Origin: Ginglymostoma cirratum
Taxonomy: Eukaryota
Assembly: GCA_024137785.1 (NCBI GenBank)
Contig: JAHRHZ010000283.1
Span: 59,475,309 to 59,539,308 of the forward strand
Direction: 5' to 3'
Length of the DNA: 64,000 nucleotides
Shown: one piece after another, positions 52,950 through 64,000 of the stretch
How the letters are laid out: every line of letters begins with the position of its first letter
How positions within the stretch are numbered: the stretch's first letter is position 1
Notes under the pieces: generated by a model
Database searches by the model: none
Seen by the model: only the letters and a program-made list of their open reading frames with translations
What the model was told of the DNA's origin: nothing
Position numbers and translations under genes: made by a program

Positions 52950-53311
52950 CAGTGGCTTTCAACCAGTATGCTGTGGCAGGATTGTGAGGAGCATGCATCA
53001 GATTTTTGGGGAAGCAGCACTACTCTACCCAAAGTATCTTCTAAATTCCTCTGGAGCCTTAGCTCCTACTAACAGACAGTATCTACTGCCACCAAGTGAT
53101 CCAATCAACAGACCAAGCTTTCAGAACTGTACAGGTGCAGGAAATTTTGAAGTCAGCTGTGCTCACAGTTAAAGGGTTTATGATTTCTATGTAGTTGTAT
53201 GCACTATTACAAACCTCTAAGGCTATAACTGACATTTATCAGCTGGAAAGTGCATATGCAATGGCTTTGTCTCAGAGCGTACCTCAATACTGAAATGGTT
53301 GGGAACCACTC
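52950..53311. mobile_element. hAT/Charlie-like MITE
   Basis: Imperfect TIRs CAGTGGCTTTCAACC and GGTTGGGAACCACTC; left flank TTCTAGAT fits the Charlie target preference; right TSD decayed. Confidence 0.55.
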
Positions 53312-53903
53312 TCCTTAAAGGACAATTCCTACGTCCCCAGAATCTGTCTGGTGAACATTTGCAAATGTATCCTCCTTAGGTACAGAAACCAGATAACAAT
53401 ATTTCGAGTGCAGTCTGAACAAGATTTTATTCAAATCCTCTTGCTTGCTGGAATTGCATATTTGCTTTGTGACTTTGGTGTCCTTCCTTTGAAGAGTGAC
53501 CACTTTTCACACTTTTACTGAAACTAACCAAGGTGGAGGTGGTGCCTTGTTTTCCATTTGGTGGAAACCTCAGTTGAGCTTCAGCAATTTTCTGTTTTTA
53601 GTTCTAAACCTCTCTCCTGCTATCCATATTTTTTAAATTCACCCTTTCATTGATGATTTGTAACTTCAAGATTTCCCAAAATGCCATAATTGGCTGGAGC
53701 AGTCCGAGGCTAGGAGATAGAGAAAGTCTGGGTTGCTACACAACACCAGGAACTGGAAATGCATCTAAACATGATCGGTCTGTCAGAATAGAGAAACCAT
53801 TTAGTTGTGAAAGTAAAAATATTAATGCTGTCCTAACTTCAAAAGCTGAAATCTGTTTCAAGGAAAGTTAATCATTCACTGATCCTATTTCTACGTCCAA
53901 CAG

Positions 53904-53996
53904 GTGGTCACAAGTGAAGATATACAGCATTTCTTTGAAGAACTTCAGTCAAAGAAGCGACGGCGGGTGGATGGAATGCAGTACTTTTGCAGTTAA
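53904..53996 (+). CDS. UBR7: UBR7 exon 11 (terminal)
   Basis: VVTSEDIQHFFEELQSKKRRRVDGMQYFCS*; total CDS 1290 nt = 429 aa. Confidence 0.95.
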   Translation: MVTSEDIQHFFEELQSKKRRRVDGMQYFCS

Positions 53997-54270
53997 AGCA
54001 GAAATCATCAATTGCTCAGACTTAATTTTTTTTCAACAACAGCAATTAAAATTAGTTGACCCTGTTTTTCTTTTGCTCATGTTTCATGAGGTTCACTTGA
54101 GGCAGAGAAACTTATTCAATATGCAGCAGCATTAGTAGAGAATTTAATACTAGTGCACATTTTGTAGTGAGGAATATCCAGCTATGCATAACTGGATTTT
54201 CTAATTGAAATTAATGGCTCCTACAACATATGCATTGTGATTTTAAACTTTTTAAAACAGCAATGCCCAT

Positions 54271-55066
54271 AATAAACATTGGACAGTTTAGGACATGACT
54301 GGGCCCATTCCTTGGGCTATCTGTACTCCCTCCCAATTAGCTAGGTAACTTTTGTCAACTTTGACAGCTGCAGCATAAACAGATGTTGAATATAAAATGA
54401 TATGCAAGCCTCAACTTACCTAATTTTGTCCAATGCCTCCAGTGTTGCTGGGAGGAGGGATGATTCAGCAGGCTAAAAAACTTAAATGTGCATAATTTAG
54501 AAATTGAAAAAACTGTCAATATTGATAGGACCTTTTGAGTACAGTGGTGGTGTAAGCAAATCCAGCAACCAAAAGATTGTCATGAAGCAGACACTTTAAA
54601 TCCTTCTGGTTTAGAAGGTATCAAGTGCTTTAATGTCAAGGATCCCTTGGTCCAGATAATGTTTCAATGTGGCTTTTAAAATAAACCAATATTCCATTCT
54701 ATATGTGCTTTATCAAGTTATAAAGGAGTATGTCTAGGTATACTAATGCCTGTGGACAAAACCAACATTGATGTCAGGTGGAAATCTGGATCTTCATTTA
54801 GTCATCACCTTAACAATTTTGTACTTAAGCTAAAACAATGTTCTATAAAGTGCTTAGTTTGAATGCATTTTGTTTCCACAATCTGTGCAGATTATAATTG
54901 AAACATGGACTTGGTTTTTTGCATTGTCTAATGGCTTTGCTTCAATAAACACTTTAAACATTTTAATGCAGCTTCTCCAACTCTGAATCTGTAAAGCTGA
55001 GTGAAAGGTCTTAGCAAATATTTAATTACAAAATAAATCTGCTATGAGAAGAGAAACACCAATAAA
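54271..55066 (+). terminator. Cluster of candidate UBR7 poly(A) signals
   Basis: AATAAA at 54271, 54680, 54944, 55032 and 55061. Confidence 0.45.
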
Positions 55067-55650
55067 ACTCGGTTACTTTCTACCTAACTGATTACTATAA
55101 AGCCCAAATCCATCCTCCTAATATTTTGGATTTTTTTAGTCATTCCTCAATGCTACATTTAGAGAAGGCCTTTTAACTTTTTTCAGGACTGTTATCATTT
55201 GGGGATAAACATCTTTGTTTGAATAAGGTATGAGGAAAACACTTCGTGGTCATGGGGAGAAGAGTTTTAGAAGAAATTCTACCTTGCAAACAGAAATATG
55301 AAAAGTAAATAAGTGAGGCCAGAGCTAGTGCAGAAGGGTTAGACGGGGGAAAGATATTGAACACTAGCTTTATGAAAGCTAATGTGATCATTTGAGCTGG
55401 ATTTGATATACAATTCCATTACGGGCATTAGTTTTTGAGGTGAAAATTTAGTGACAATGTGCTTTATATTGCTACATAGAACTTGATTCCTTAGTTACTG
55501 TGTAACTTCTGGTTCACTTATCTTTTTGCAGGTCTTGCAGCACTCTCCTGGTAAAGCACTTTGCAGCATAGTGATTAATTTACAACTGGATATTCACATC
55601 ATATTAACTAGTTTTACAATTCAAAAATGAATGAGACATTCTATAGACCA

Positions 55651-55656
55651 TTTATT
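55651..55656 (-). terminator. Candidate BTBD7 poly(A) signal
   Basis: TTTATT on the + strand, ~2.8 kb beyond the BTBD7 stop, after a long AU-rich, repeat-poor tract. Confidence 0.4.
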
Positions 55657-56544
55657 TGAAACACCACTTATGGCAATGTAGAATTTGTTACATGCTTTTC
55701 TCTCCCCCCGAATAGTAGAAAAATAGATCAGATTCTGTACAACTACCATGATACTTGATAGGGAGATGCATCTTATTAAGCAATAATAATCTTACTAAGA
55801 TGCTAAAATAAAAATAGTCTCTTTAAAAACATTATATACACTGAAGCATAGTAGAATCTACAAAGATGGTTATGTAGTTTGTAGAAAACACTTGCATAGG
55901 ACATTTGATCAACATTACTGATACTTGAGCCTTTAGTATAGAAGGCACTTCACTGTATCCCAGTAACAGCTTCGATCAGAAGAATCCAAAACAAATCATG
56001 AAAGGATTAACACTAAATGCAAGTTTTAGAAATCTTTTGCTATCAAACACCAAAACTTCATCTTTAAAGAGATTCCAAGATTTTGTATAAGTCTAACGTT
56101 CAACCAAAGTTAAATTGGTAAGTCACAGCAATTTAACAGCATGCATTTGGTGGGTGGTAGGGAAAGCAAAGAAGATACACAGCTCATCAGAACAATATAA
56201 AAAAGTAGCAGCAGTTCAGGCAGCTTTGAGATACCGTGCTGTATACTGGGACAGTTAGATTATTCTACATTTAAGGATGAGACAGATTCCAGGCATATAA
56301 CATTTTTACAATTTTGAAGAAACATTTGAAAAATTGCTGAGCAGAAGCAACAATTTCTTTTAAAAACAGCTTAATTTTGCTCAAATTTTCAAGCATTTGC
56401 TGAATCCAGTAAAATCTTATTTAAAACTAAAGGTACATCTGGAAACAATACACCTGCCTAGTGTGATTTGAGATAGACAAGATTGTTTTTCCTCCTCCCT
56501 TTCCCTGAAAGCAATATCTCCATGCACCTTGGGTAACAAAAATA

Positions 56545-56860
56545 AAATTCTGTTGTGCCTTTCATAACCTTAGGACATCCCTAAGCTAATGAAGTACTTT
56601 TGAAGTGTAGTCATTGCTGTAATGTCAGAATTGCAGCGCTCAATTTGTATTCAGCTAGGGTCCACAAAGGAACAATGCAATATTATCTAAAGAATCTATT
56701 CTGTGATGTTGGTTAGAGAATAAATATTGGTCAGGATGCTGGGGAGAATTTCCCTGCTGCTCTTCAAAATAGTGCCTTAGGATCTTTTATCTCCACCTGA
56801 GAAAGCAAGCAAGCAAGGCCTCTGTTTAATAAATATTTCAGCCAGACCCCCCTCTGGAAA
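56545..56860 (-). mobile_element. Deu-domain SINE (SacSINE1/AmnSINE-related)
   Basis: aatgaagtacttttgaagtgtagtcattgctgtaatg...gatgttggttagagaataaatattggtcaggatgctggggagaa is the reverse Deu core. Confidence 0.75.
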
Positions 56861-58491
56861 GCAAATCTCCTAATAACTAATAACAACCTAATAACTCAGC
56901 AGGGAGTTCTACAACAGCTGAAATTCACTTAAGAGTTGGTCATCAGGAACAAACCTTCATGATTATATTGCAGCTCTCAAGTTTTAAATCTTAACAGATC
57001 ATTTTGATTGCAGTACCACAAGAGACAGATGATTAGATTGCATAGTAGCAGTGAAGAGATCAGTTCTTCTATTACCCATGCTTTGCACTGGAAACTGGCA
57101 GGCAGACAGTCAGTCAGTTAATCATTCACACTATCCTGTCTCTTCCCATTTTACTTCTAATTCTGATCATGCAAACAAAAAAAACACTGAACAGGAAAAA
57201 CAAAAATAAAAGTAAAACATCTGTGCACAACTGTCAAGCCAGTTTTATACTACAAATAATATTTTAATACCACAACCAGATTACAACTAAAACACTAGTT
57301 GTACGGAGCTTGTTGCAGCTTATTAGCTACTTAAAGTTTCTGTCTGCAATTTTTCTTTGAATCCATATATTTGCTACAACTAAAAAGAATAATATCAACA
57401 CCCTACATACTTTCACCTTCTATCGAGGGTTAGTATAACGCTATTTCCCCTTCAAACAGATGATATAAGTCTTTGAAAACTGAGAAAAGCATTGGATTTA
57501 ACACAACTGGGAATTGAGCCTGAAGCTCATCACATGCTGGACAACAGAAAAGTCCCTCAACAAGGGAGTGATACAGCCCAAATATGTACAATATGCAAAG
57601 TTTACCTGGTTGCAGCAAGGGGAAATATAATAAATTTAAAATCTAACAGACCTCAGATTCTAACTATTCACTTCAATAGTTGATTGATTCCAATACTTCA
57701 AAGTACACAATTTCAGAGACCAACATATCATTCAAAAATTTGAGAAGCAGCTGCCTAATCAAATGAGGAGAAAGGCCAAAGAGGTTTCACATAACCTGCC
57801 ACAGATCAACACAAGGCGAAAGATATGGCAGCAGTTTTGGATGGAACTCTAGCTACTTTATCTGTGTTGCTAGGATTTCTGCCTTTGGGATTCAGCTTCT
57901 CTCCATATATTAAAACACTAATCTTATAAACCGATTGTCACAGCAATCTGATTGTCTCAAGATTAAGACTACAGATTCAGATTGACTAGGATCTGTGCTC
58001 TCTGTCTCAATACAGGCAGTGGGCCAGTGGAATACAGATAATCTTCCCTTGTAAATGTATTCCAATGCCTAGAATATACTTCAAAAGAATACCATCCATT
58101 CTAAATAAGACTATAAACTTTCTCAAAAATGAGAAAATACATCAACTGGTATCAGAATACTTTTCAGACATACAGCTCACCGTTAAATATCACACAGCCT
58201 TAATTCAATACACAAAATACATCCACATTTTTAAACAAACCTGTAAAAAGGAGGTAACAGATCAAGCATTTTTTTCTCAAAATGGTAAACTCGATTAAGC
58301 AGACTATTTAAACTTTAGAAAGAATGAAAATACTGGTGCAAGACATGTTCTTCAAGATATCACAAAAGTCATAGAAAACCATCTAGAAACAGTTCAGATC
58401 AAGGTAGAAATGTTATATATACAAAACATTACGAAAGCAAAGTTAATAATGCAGTCATCTGAAGAAAACGTAGACTAGATCACTGTCATCG

Positions 58492-59289
58492 CTAAAGAGC
58501 AGATTTTTTGTATGGAAGATCAGGTCTGCTTGGTGATCTCCTTTCTCGGCTTAACGTATCTTCCCTATTCTGAATGTTTCTGTGTGGCTGGACACTGACT
58601 CCTGGCTCCAGCATGCCATCATCAGATGACCTTCTGTTGTAGCTGGCCTCATGGTTGTCAGAACTACAAGGCACACGCAAAGCTCGACTTGCCGTTAGGC
58701 CATAGGTTAGATCTGTCTCCATTAAACCCCTACTTCTAGTATGCAGAGACCCTCCACTAGACTCCTGTAAAAGTGCCAAGTCCAACCTGTGTGGAGGCTG
58801 CTCCAAGAAATCAAAGTACGGTGGGCCACTGGGTCGGGGCTGATGAACTTCCGGAGGCAGAAAGTATTCTCTCCGTGGTTCTTCTGGTTTACTCGAGGTT
58901 TCACTGCAAAGTGAGGTCATTTTGAAACTTGCTGCTGCTGGCCTATTGTGACTGTATAAGTCTGGACCCAAAAATGCTCCTTGTGCAGAAGCTGACGTAT
59001 GTCTGCTGGTTCCTGGAGCGTATGATCGGTAAGCTGTGCTGGAAGAGAAGTCATACAGATCTGGATACTCCACTTTCAGGTCAGGTTTCCTCCTCGTACT
59101 ACTGTGTGTATGCCTATTGTGTATATATGGAGCAGGACGTGGAAATGATGCAGAATCTGAAGCCATTTGGTTTATTTCAGCATTCAGACTCAGTTCTGGA
59201 AATCTTCTATCCTTCAGTGATAGATTACTCAAGGACGTCACACCCATCGCAATGTCTGGCATTAGTTCATTTAAGGTACCTTCAGTATT
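58492..59289 (-). CDS. BTBD7: BTBD7 terminal coding exon
   Basis: NTEGTLNELMPDIAMGV...EYPDLYDFS...GPDLYSHN...ETDLTYGLT...RRSPSRPDLPYKKSAL*; AG at 59291-59290. Confidence 0.93.
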   Translation of the reverse strand, partial: NTEGTLNELMPDIAMGVTSLSNLSLKDRRFPELSLNAEINQMASDSASFPRPAPYIHNRHTHSSTRRKPDLKVEYPDLYDFSSSTAYRSYAPGTSRHTSASAQGAFLGPDLYSHNRPAAASFKMTSLCSETSSKPEEPRREYFLPPEVHQPRPSGPPYFDFLEQPPHRLDLALLQESSGGSLHTRSRGLMETDLTYGLTASRALRVPCSSDNHEASYNRRSSDDGMLEPGVSVQPHRNIQNREDTLSRERRSPSRPDLPYKKSAL

Positions 59290-60442
59290 CTAGGAGAATT
59301 TTTTTAAAAAAGACATTTATAAAATGAAACAAATGTAGCATTTCTAACTCCATAGCTTTATAAACGAGACCACAAATATACTGAACATAATTTGTCAGAT
59401 ATTTACCAGCATGCAAAATCTTTTGAATAAATTAGATTAAATATGAAATCTTATTAAATTTTGTATTAAAAGCATCTCAGTTGGAACTTAAAAACACAAA
59501 AGCAATGGACAACTAAACATTCTCAGGTAATCATTAGCAGGGAATCCTCTTGACAACATCTTTGTGCTTTTCCTACTCTTACAATCAAACTGATCCCTGG
59601 ACTGAGATCACATCAACATTCTCCATCAATAGGAGAAACAGTTCTCTCAAGGTGAATAGTCATTCAAATTAAACAATTAGATTTTTTGAAAAAAATCATT
59701 TTGAAAGGAGATCAGTTACAGCCGGTTCTGCAGGGTTCAGATGTTTCATTATTAAAATAAAATAGGGATCTTGCCTACAGCATTTGCTAACGTCCAATAC
59801 ATTTTCTCAAAGGTACCAGAACAATTTTCTTTGCTCACAAGTAAGAGCACAAGAGAAAAAAATTTAAAACAGGTGATCAAACAGGACGAGGCACCTGGTA
59901 TGCAGCTTCATTTCATGGAAGCTTGAACAATCTTCCAACAGGTTGAACAATCAATGCAGAAGTCTGCAAACTTGCTCTGCAGAACTACTGAAATTATAGA
60001 AATCAGTAGCATTGGTACAAAAGTGCACTCACATTGGGACCCAGAATACGCAAAAATCAGTCCCAGGTTTACTAGTTATTTGAAACACAAATTTCATGAA
60101 AAATTAACAGTTTTGTAGCATGCACTGTGAAATGTACGCTTATTGTACGGTAATACAAAATAGGAAACAAACTAATGTGGTTTTGACTAGTTAGAAATAA
60201 ATGCTCAATTTATTGAACAGCAGCAGCTGACTGAGGCTATCTGCTACTGAAGTCTAAAGGGGAAAAGAAAGGCACTATTTGGTCTCATTGACTGCTTGTC
60301 AATAACTCAGATTAAAATTAACTCAGTAGAAATATACTAATACCCCATTTTAGGTTCTAAAATCTAGGCCAAAAATTGTAAAGAAAGATACAAACTCTCT
60401 CACATCTTATTACTAATCTAATATTGGAAAGGCAGAACTTAC

Positions 60443-60829
60443 CGTCAGCTCTGGTGCTATCCGAACCAATCCAGAAGAGTTGGTGCAATCAGGAGGCATT
60501 ACTTTACCACCAGATGGATAAACAGGCCTGGGAGCTATCACAGGATACAGCATAGAACGGTTACAAGGGTATGACAAGGAGCGGGATGACAATTGGCCCG
60601 GCAGCCTTTGTCTCCAATCTACCTTGTGTTTCTCATGAGCTGGGGGAGCAGGAGGCTGATATGGTGGTGGTGGTGGTGGTGGTAAAGTTGGATGGAATGC
60701 AGCACAAGGTTCAATATCACTATATTCTGCAGATGGTGAGCTATTTATTCTACAGTGGTTGTGCTGCCGAAGACCCAGCAGTGGACTCTCATCACCAAAT
60801 CGTTCATGAGGAAAGAACTTATGAGGATT
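60443..60829 (-). CDS. BTBD7: BTBD7 penultimate exon
   Basis: NPHKFFPHERFGDESPLL...AFHPTLPPPPPPPYQPPA...SRSLSYPCN...PPDCT; 387 nt, phase 0/0. Confidence 0.93.
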
Positions 60830-61191
60830 CTGAGGAGAGTAAACATAATTCATTATCAGAGCTATCCTTCCATACCTATATTTACAGAATACTGTATAAA
60901 CATCTACTCGTTTTAAAAAACTCTGTGGAGTATTAACAGTAAGAAAAATTCTAATCTGCAGATTAATAATTTGAATTGCAGCCTAAACAATTCAAAAGTG
61001 ATTTAGTAAATCTTGCCTAGCTAGTTATATTGCAACAAATTGCTTTGGTCAGAAACCAACTATGCAAGACATTGCTTAATAGTTTTCTGAAAGCACAGTT
61101 GTACCTTCTTGAACATAAATTGACTCTTAAATCAGTTTTAGTCTGCACTGATCAATTACATTATTTATAGGGTCAGTAACATTTCACATAC

Positions 61192-61370
61192 CTGAAGCAG
61201 CTCAACAGCAGCATCCGGGAGGTTAAATTCCCTCAACACCCGAATCTGAATTTCGTAGCTAACAGTTGCTCCTTCTCCACAATTCAATGCATATGCACGC
61301 TGGACCTGATCAGTGTGTCTAAGTTCCTGCAGACGCCTGATCATATCTTTCACCATATTCAATGGAGGGA
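61192..61370 (-). CDS. BTBD7: BTBD7 internal exon
   Basis: (V)PPLNMVKDMIRRLQELRHTDQVQRAYALNCGEGATVSYEIQIRVLREFNLPDAAVELLQ; 179 nt. Confidence 0.95.
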
Positions 61371-62023
61371 CTGTAAAGTAATGTTTATTTATTTAATTAA
61401 ATACAAAATTTCTTGCAAAGTATTTTAGACATTTTATAGGGGAATAGAAACATGGGTGGCGAATCTTTAAAAAATGTCAAGATGTACTTTGTCACCAGGT
61501 TCTAGAGCAGTGCCTCACTCAAGCGGTCACCATTTACGTGTCAGCCTCTTGTAGGGAAGATATTGAGGCTATATGACTCTTACAGACTTAGGTCTGCCAT
61601 ACATACCTTCATTAATTAAACGGTATCAGCTTCTCTCTTACTTTGAGTAAGAACTCTCATTTCTTTAAATTCACTCATATACAATAGGATTTTCATGAAG
61701 CCCTGTGATCAAACTGGATCTGTGCACTGAATTAGTATACAGAGACAAAAAAAAAACAAAACCCAAGAAAAAAAAAGCCAGTTTACTGGAGTCACTTCTC
61801 CAAAAAAGCTAAAATTCAAACTTAGAAATCTGCATTATTTAAGCAAGATAATAAGATCGTCTTCCAGGGCTACAAACCAACACAAGTACAACAGGTATAA
61901 CCCAACGGGCCAACGCAAATTAAAGATTTTACTTTCAGTGCATCCTGAATTATGCTAGAGGCATGTTAATTGTCTGAAAATGCTCTATTACACAAAAAAA
62001 ACGTTGTTAAAACTGGACGCAAA

Positions 62024-62055
62024 GTTAAAGCTTTTCATTTTCTGCTCATCAGGAC
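62024..62055 (-). ncRNA. Degenerate hammerhead motif (family D)
   Basis: GUC-CUGAUGA-GCAGAAAAU-GAAA-AGCUUU-AAC; helix III contains the AAGCUU palindrome; helices I and II partly decayed. Confidence 0.45.
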
Positions 62056-62364
62056 TAGGAGCAAGAAACAAACTTAAGGGGCACCAATTTTTTTCAACAT
62101 GAAAACAGGGTGCTAAATGTTTGGGCCATTAATGGCATGGAGATGAAATTAGATAATATATTTCGTCTTATGCAGAAGCCAACTGACTTAGTATATCAGA
62201 TTTCTCAAATGCTGTGCAAGTAGATAGGTCATTTCAATGGGGTGGGGATTCATTCGTGAGGGGAGGGTGGTGGTAACAGAAAGAGAGGAAACCAATTGCT
62301 GCCTTGAAAGTCAACATTAAGTCAAAACATGCTGCAATTAAACCACAAAACATGCACCACTCAC

Positions 62365-62554
62365 CAGGTATTTCATTGGCAATAATCGTAGGAGGATTGG
62401 ATGATGGTGTACCTATTGGCTGGTGGCTGATTAAATGACAACATTGTGGTGCTGCACTGTTCACCATGTACAGTGTGTCTGGTACATTTGACATGCGAAC
62501 CATGCGCAGTCGCACAAGATCAGTTTGTTCAACCATCATTTCATCCAAAACAGC
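62365..62554 (-). CDS. BTBD7: BTBD7 internal exon (earlier exons lie beyond the window)
   Basis: AVLDEMMVEQTDLVRLRMVRMSNVPDTLYMVN...ANEIP; 190 nt, phase 1. Confidence 0.95.
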
Positions 62555-63103
62555 CTGAGAACAAAAGTTCATGCAACAATCAATCACACATGGACAGGGA
62601 TTGTCTCTTTCTTTTCTTCTTGCAACAAAGTTGTTGAACTTCTAAAGTGGAAGTGGTGGTTTTGACATCTTTCCATTATATGTTATAGTTTGGAAATTTA
62701 ACAGAAGGATGGACAATTAAAAAGCGTCACTTGTTTTCAGAGAAGTTTATAATTCTTAGTTTTGCTGGAAAATGGGGCTAATCTTAATACTTCATAATGA
62801 AGTTCATCAACTTAACACTAAAGGCTGTTCAGATGAAGAGTAACATTTTACTAGCTGTGGAACTCCAAGCCCCTCATGCCAAAAGCCACTTCTCATTTTA
62901 GGGGAACATACAGTTTTTACCAACAGTGCCCGAAAAGCAAACAGCTGGCTATTAATATTTCCTATCCTAACTGAAGTAACGCTTAAGCCATCAGTTTTGC
63001 GTATTGTTAGAACAAATTGATAGCATGTGAAAAATCAGCAATGCAAATCTTTTCATGTTACCACTACAAGTCACAAATTTACAGCCAAACATCATCATAA
63101 GAT

Positions 63104-63420
63104 TGGAGAAGCAAATTACTGCTGATGCTGGAATCTGTATAGAAAACATCATGCTGGAGATCTAGACTCAAACATTAGCTTGCTGCGTCTCCACAGATGC
63201 TGTCTGACCCAATGTGATCTCCAGCATTTGTTGGAAAACCCCATCTGGTTCACTAATGTCCTTGAGGGAAGGAAACTGCCATCCTTACCTGGTCTGGCCT
63301 ACGTGTGACTCCAGACCCACAGCAATGTGGTTGACTCTGAACTGCCCTCTGGGCAATTAGAGATGGGCAATAAATGCTGCCTAGCCAGTGACACCCTCAT
63401 CCCGTGAATGAATTTTTAAA
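63104..63420 (+). mobile_element. Penelope-like tail remnants (inverted) followed by a family-2 SINE 3' half
   Basis: atgctggagatc...gatctccagcat inverted pair; SINE aaaaccccatctggttcactaatg...catcccgtgaatgaat. Confidence 0.65.
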
Positions 63421-63599
63421 AAAATCATAAAATCGTAAGAAACAGGAGCGAGAGGTCATTCAGACCACTAAATAGGTCTCTGCCATTTAGAAGATTTAGT
63501 TGAATTGACAGTAGCCTTAGTTCCACCTTGCCAGCTGCTCTCCCATATCCATAGATCACTTTGTAAATCAAAAATCTGACAAACTCAGCCCTGAATATA

Positions 63600-63699
63600 G
63601 TTCTGGGGAAGGGTCACCAGACCCAAAACATTAACTCTGCTTTTGCCTTCACAAAGGCTGCCGGACCTGCTGACCTTTTCCAGCAAATTTGTTTTTGTT
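63600..63699 (+). mobile_element. 100-bp Penelope family-B insert nested in a CR1 tail
   Basis: GTT-CTGGGGA-A-GGGTC ACCA GACCC-AAAACATT-AACT (mutated core); TSD CCTGAATATA at 63590-63599 and 63700-63709. Confidence 0.75.
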
Positions 63700-64000
63700 C
63701 CTGAATATATTCAACCCAGCTTCCACAACTCTCATGGTAAAGAATTCTAAAGGGATTGCCTCAGTTTATTAGGATTTAAAATTATTCAAATTACTTTCTT
63801 CCAAAGTTCATTGTATTACTCAGTAAACATCAAGGTTAAATTAATACATGTTGACTATGCATTAGTGTCAATATTTAAAGAAAGCTAGTATCGATCAACG
63901 AATTTCACTTGCCAAAACTTTCACTTCATCACACATGATACTAGGCATACACAAACTGTGGTGGGTAAGTTGTTGGAGGCGGTTCCGAAAGATAGGATTT

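Noticed and set aside
58929-59327. Plus-strand ORFs over BTBD7 (also 60571-60936)
   Set aside because: Antisense to conserved BTBD7 exons.
1-64000. CRISPR arrays, rRNA, or prokaryotic/viral systems
   Set aside because: No regularly spaced repeats, rRNA similarity or operon-like ORFs; the window is intron-rich vertebrate DNA.

Overview
Eukaryotic, AT-rich vertebrate DNA. The repeat content (HE1/V-SINE-like, Deu-domain SINEs, CR1 LINEs, Penelope pLTRs) points to a cartilaginous fish; this is inference. Four protein-coding genes lie in the same order and orientation as human 14q32: LYSET/TMEM251 (+, coding exon 1361-1756), GON7/C14orf142 (-, 2 exons, 104 aa, split across exons so the ORF track misses it), UBR7 (+, 11 exons, 429 aa, reconstructed with consistent GT-AG phases) and the last four coding exons of BTBD7 (-). 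GON7 and UBR7 share a ~300-bp bidirectional CpG promoter. Introns are dense in retroelements, and there is one 400-N gap (38165-38564). The most notable non-genic signal is a set of about ten hammerhead-ribozyme-like cores (CUGANGA-helix II-GAAA plus a palindromic mini helix III) from about four Penelope-like families. Many sit in ~90-400 bp target-site-duplicated inserts that begin at the ribozyme core or form long hairpins. Two near-identical inverted CR1 segments also bracket UBR7 exons 2-10. All comparisons with known proteins and repeats are from memory, not from searches.
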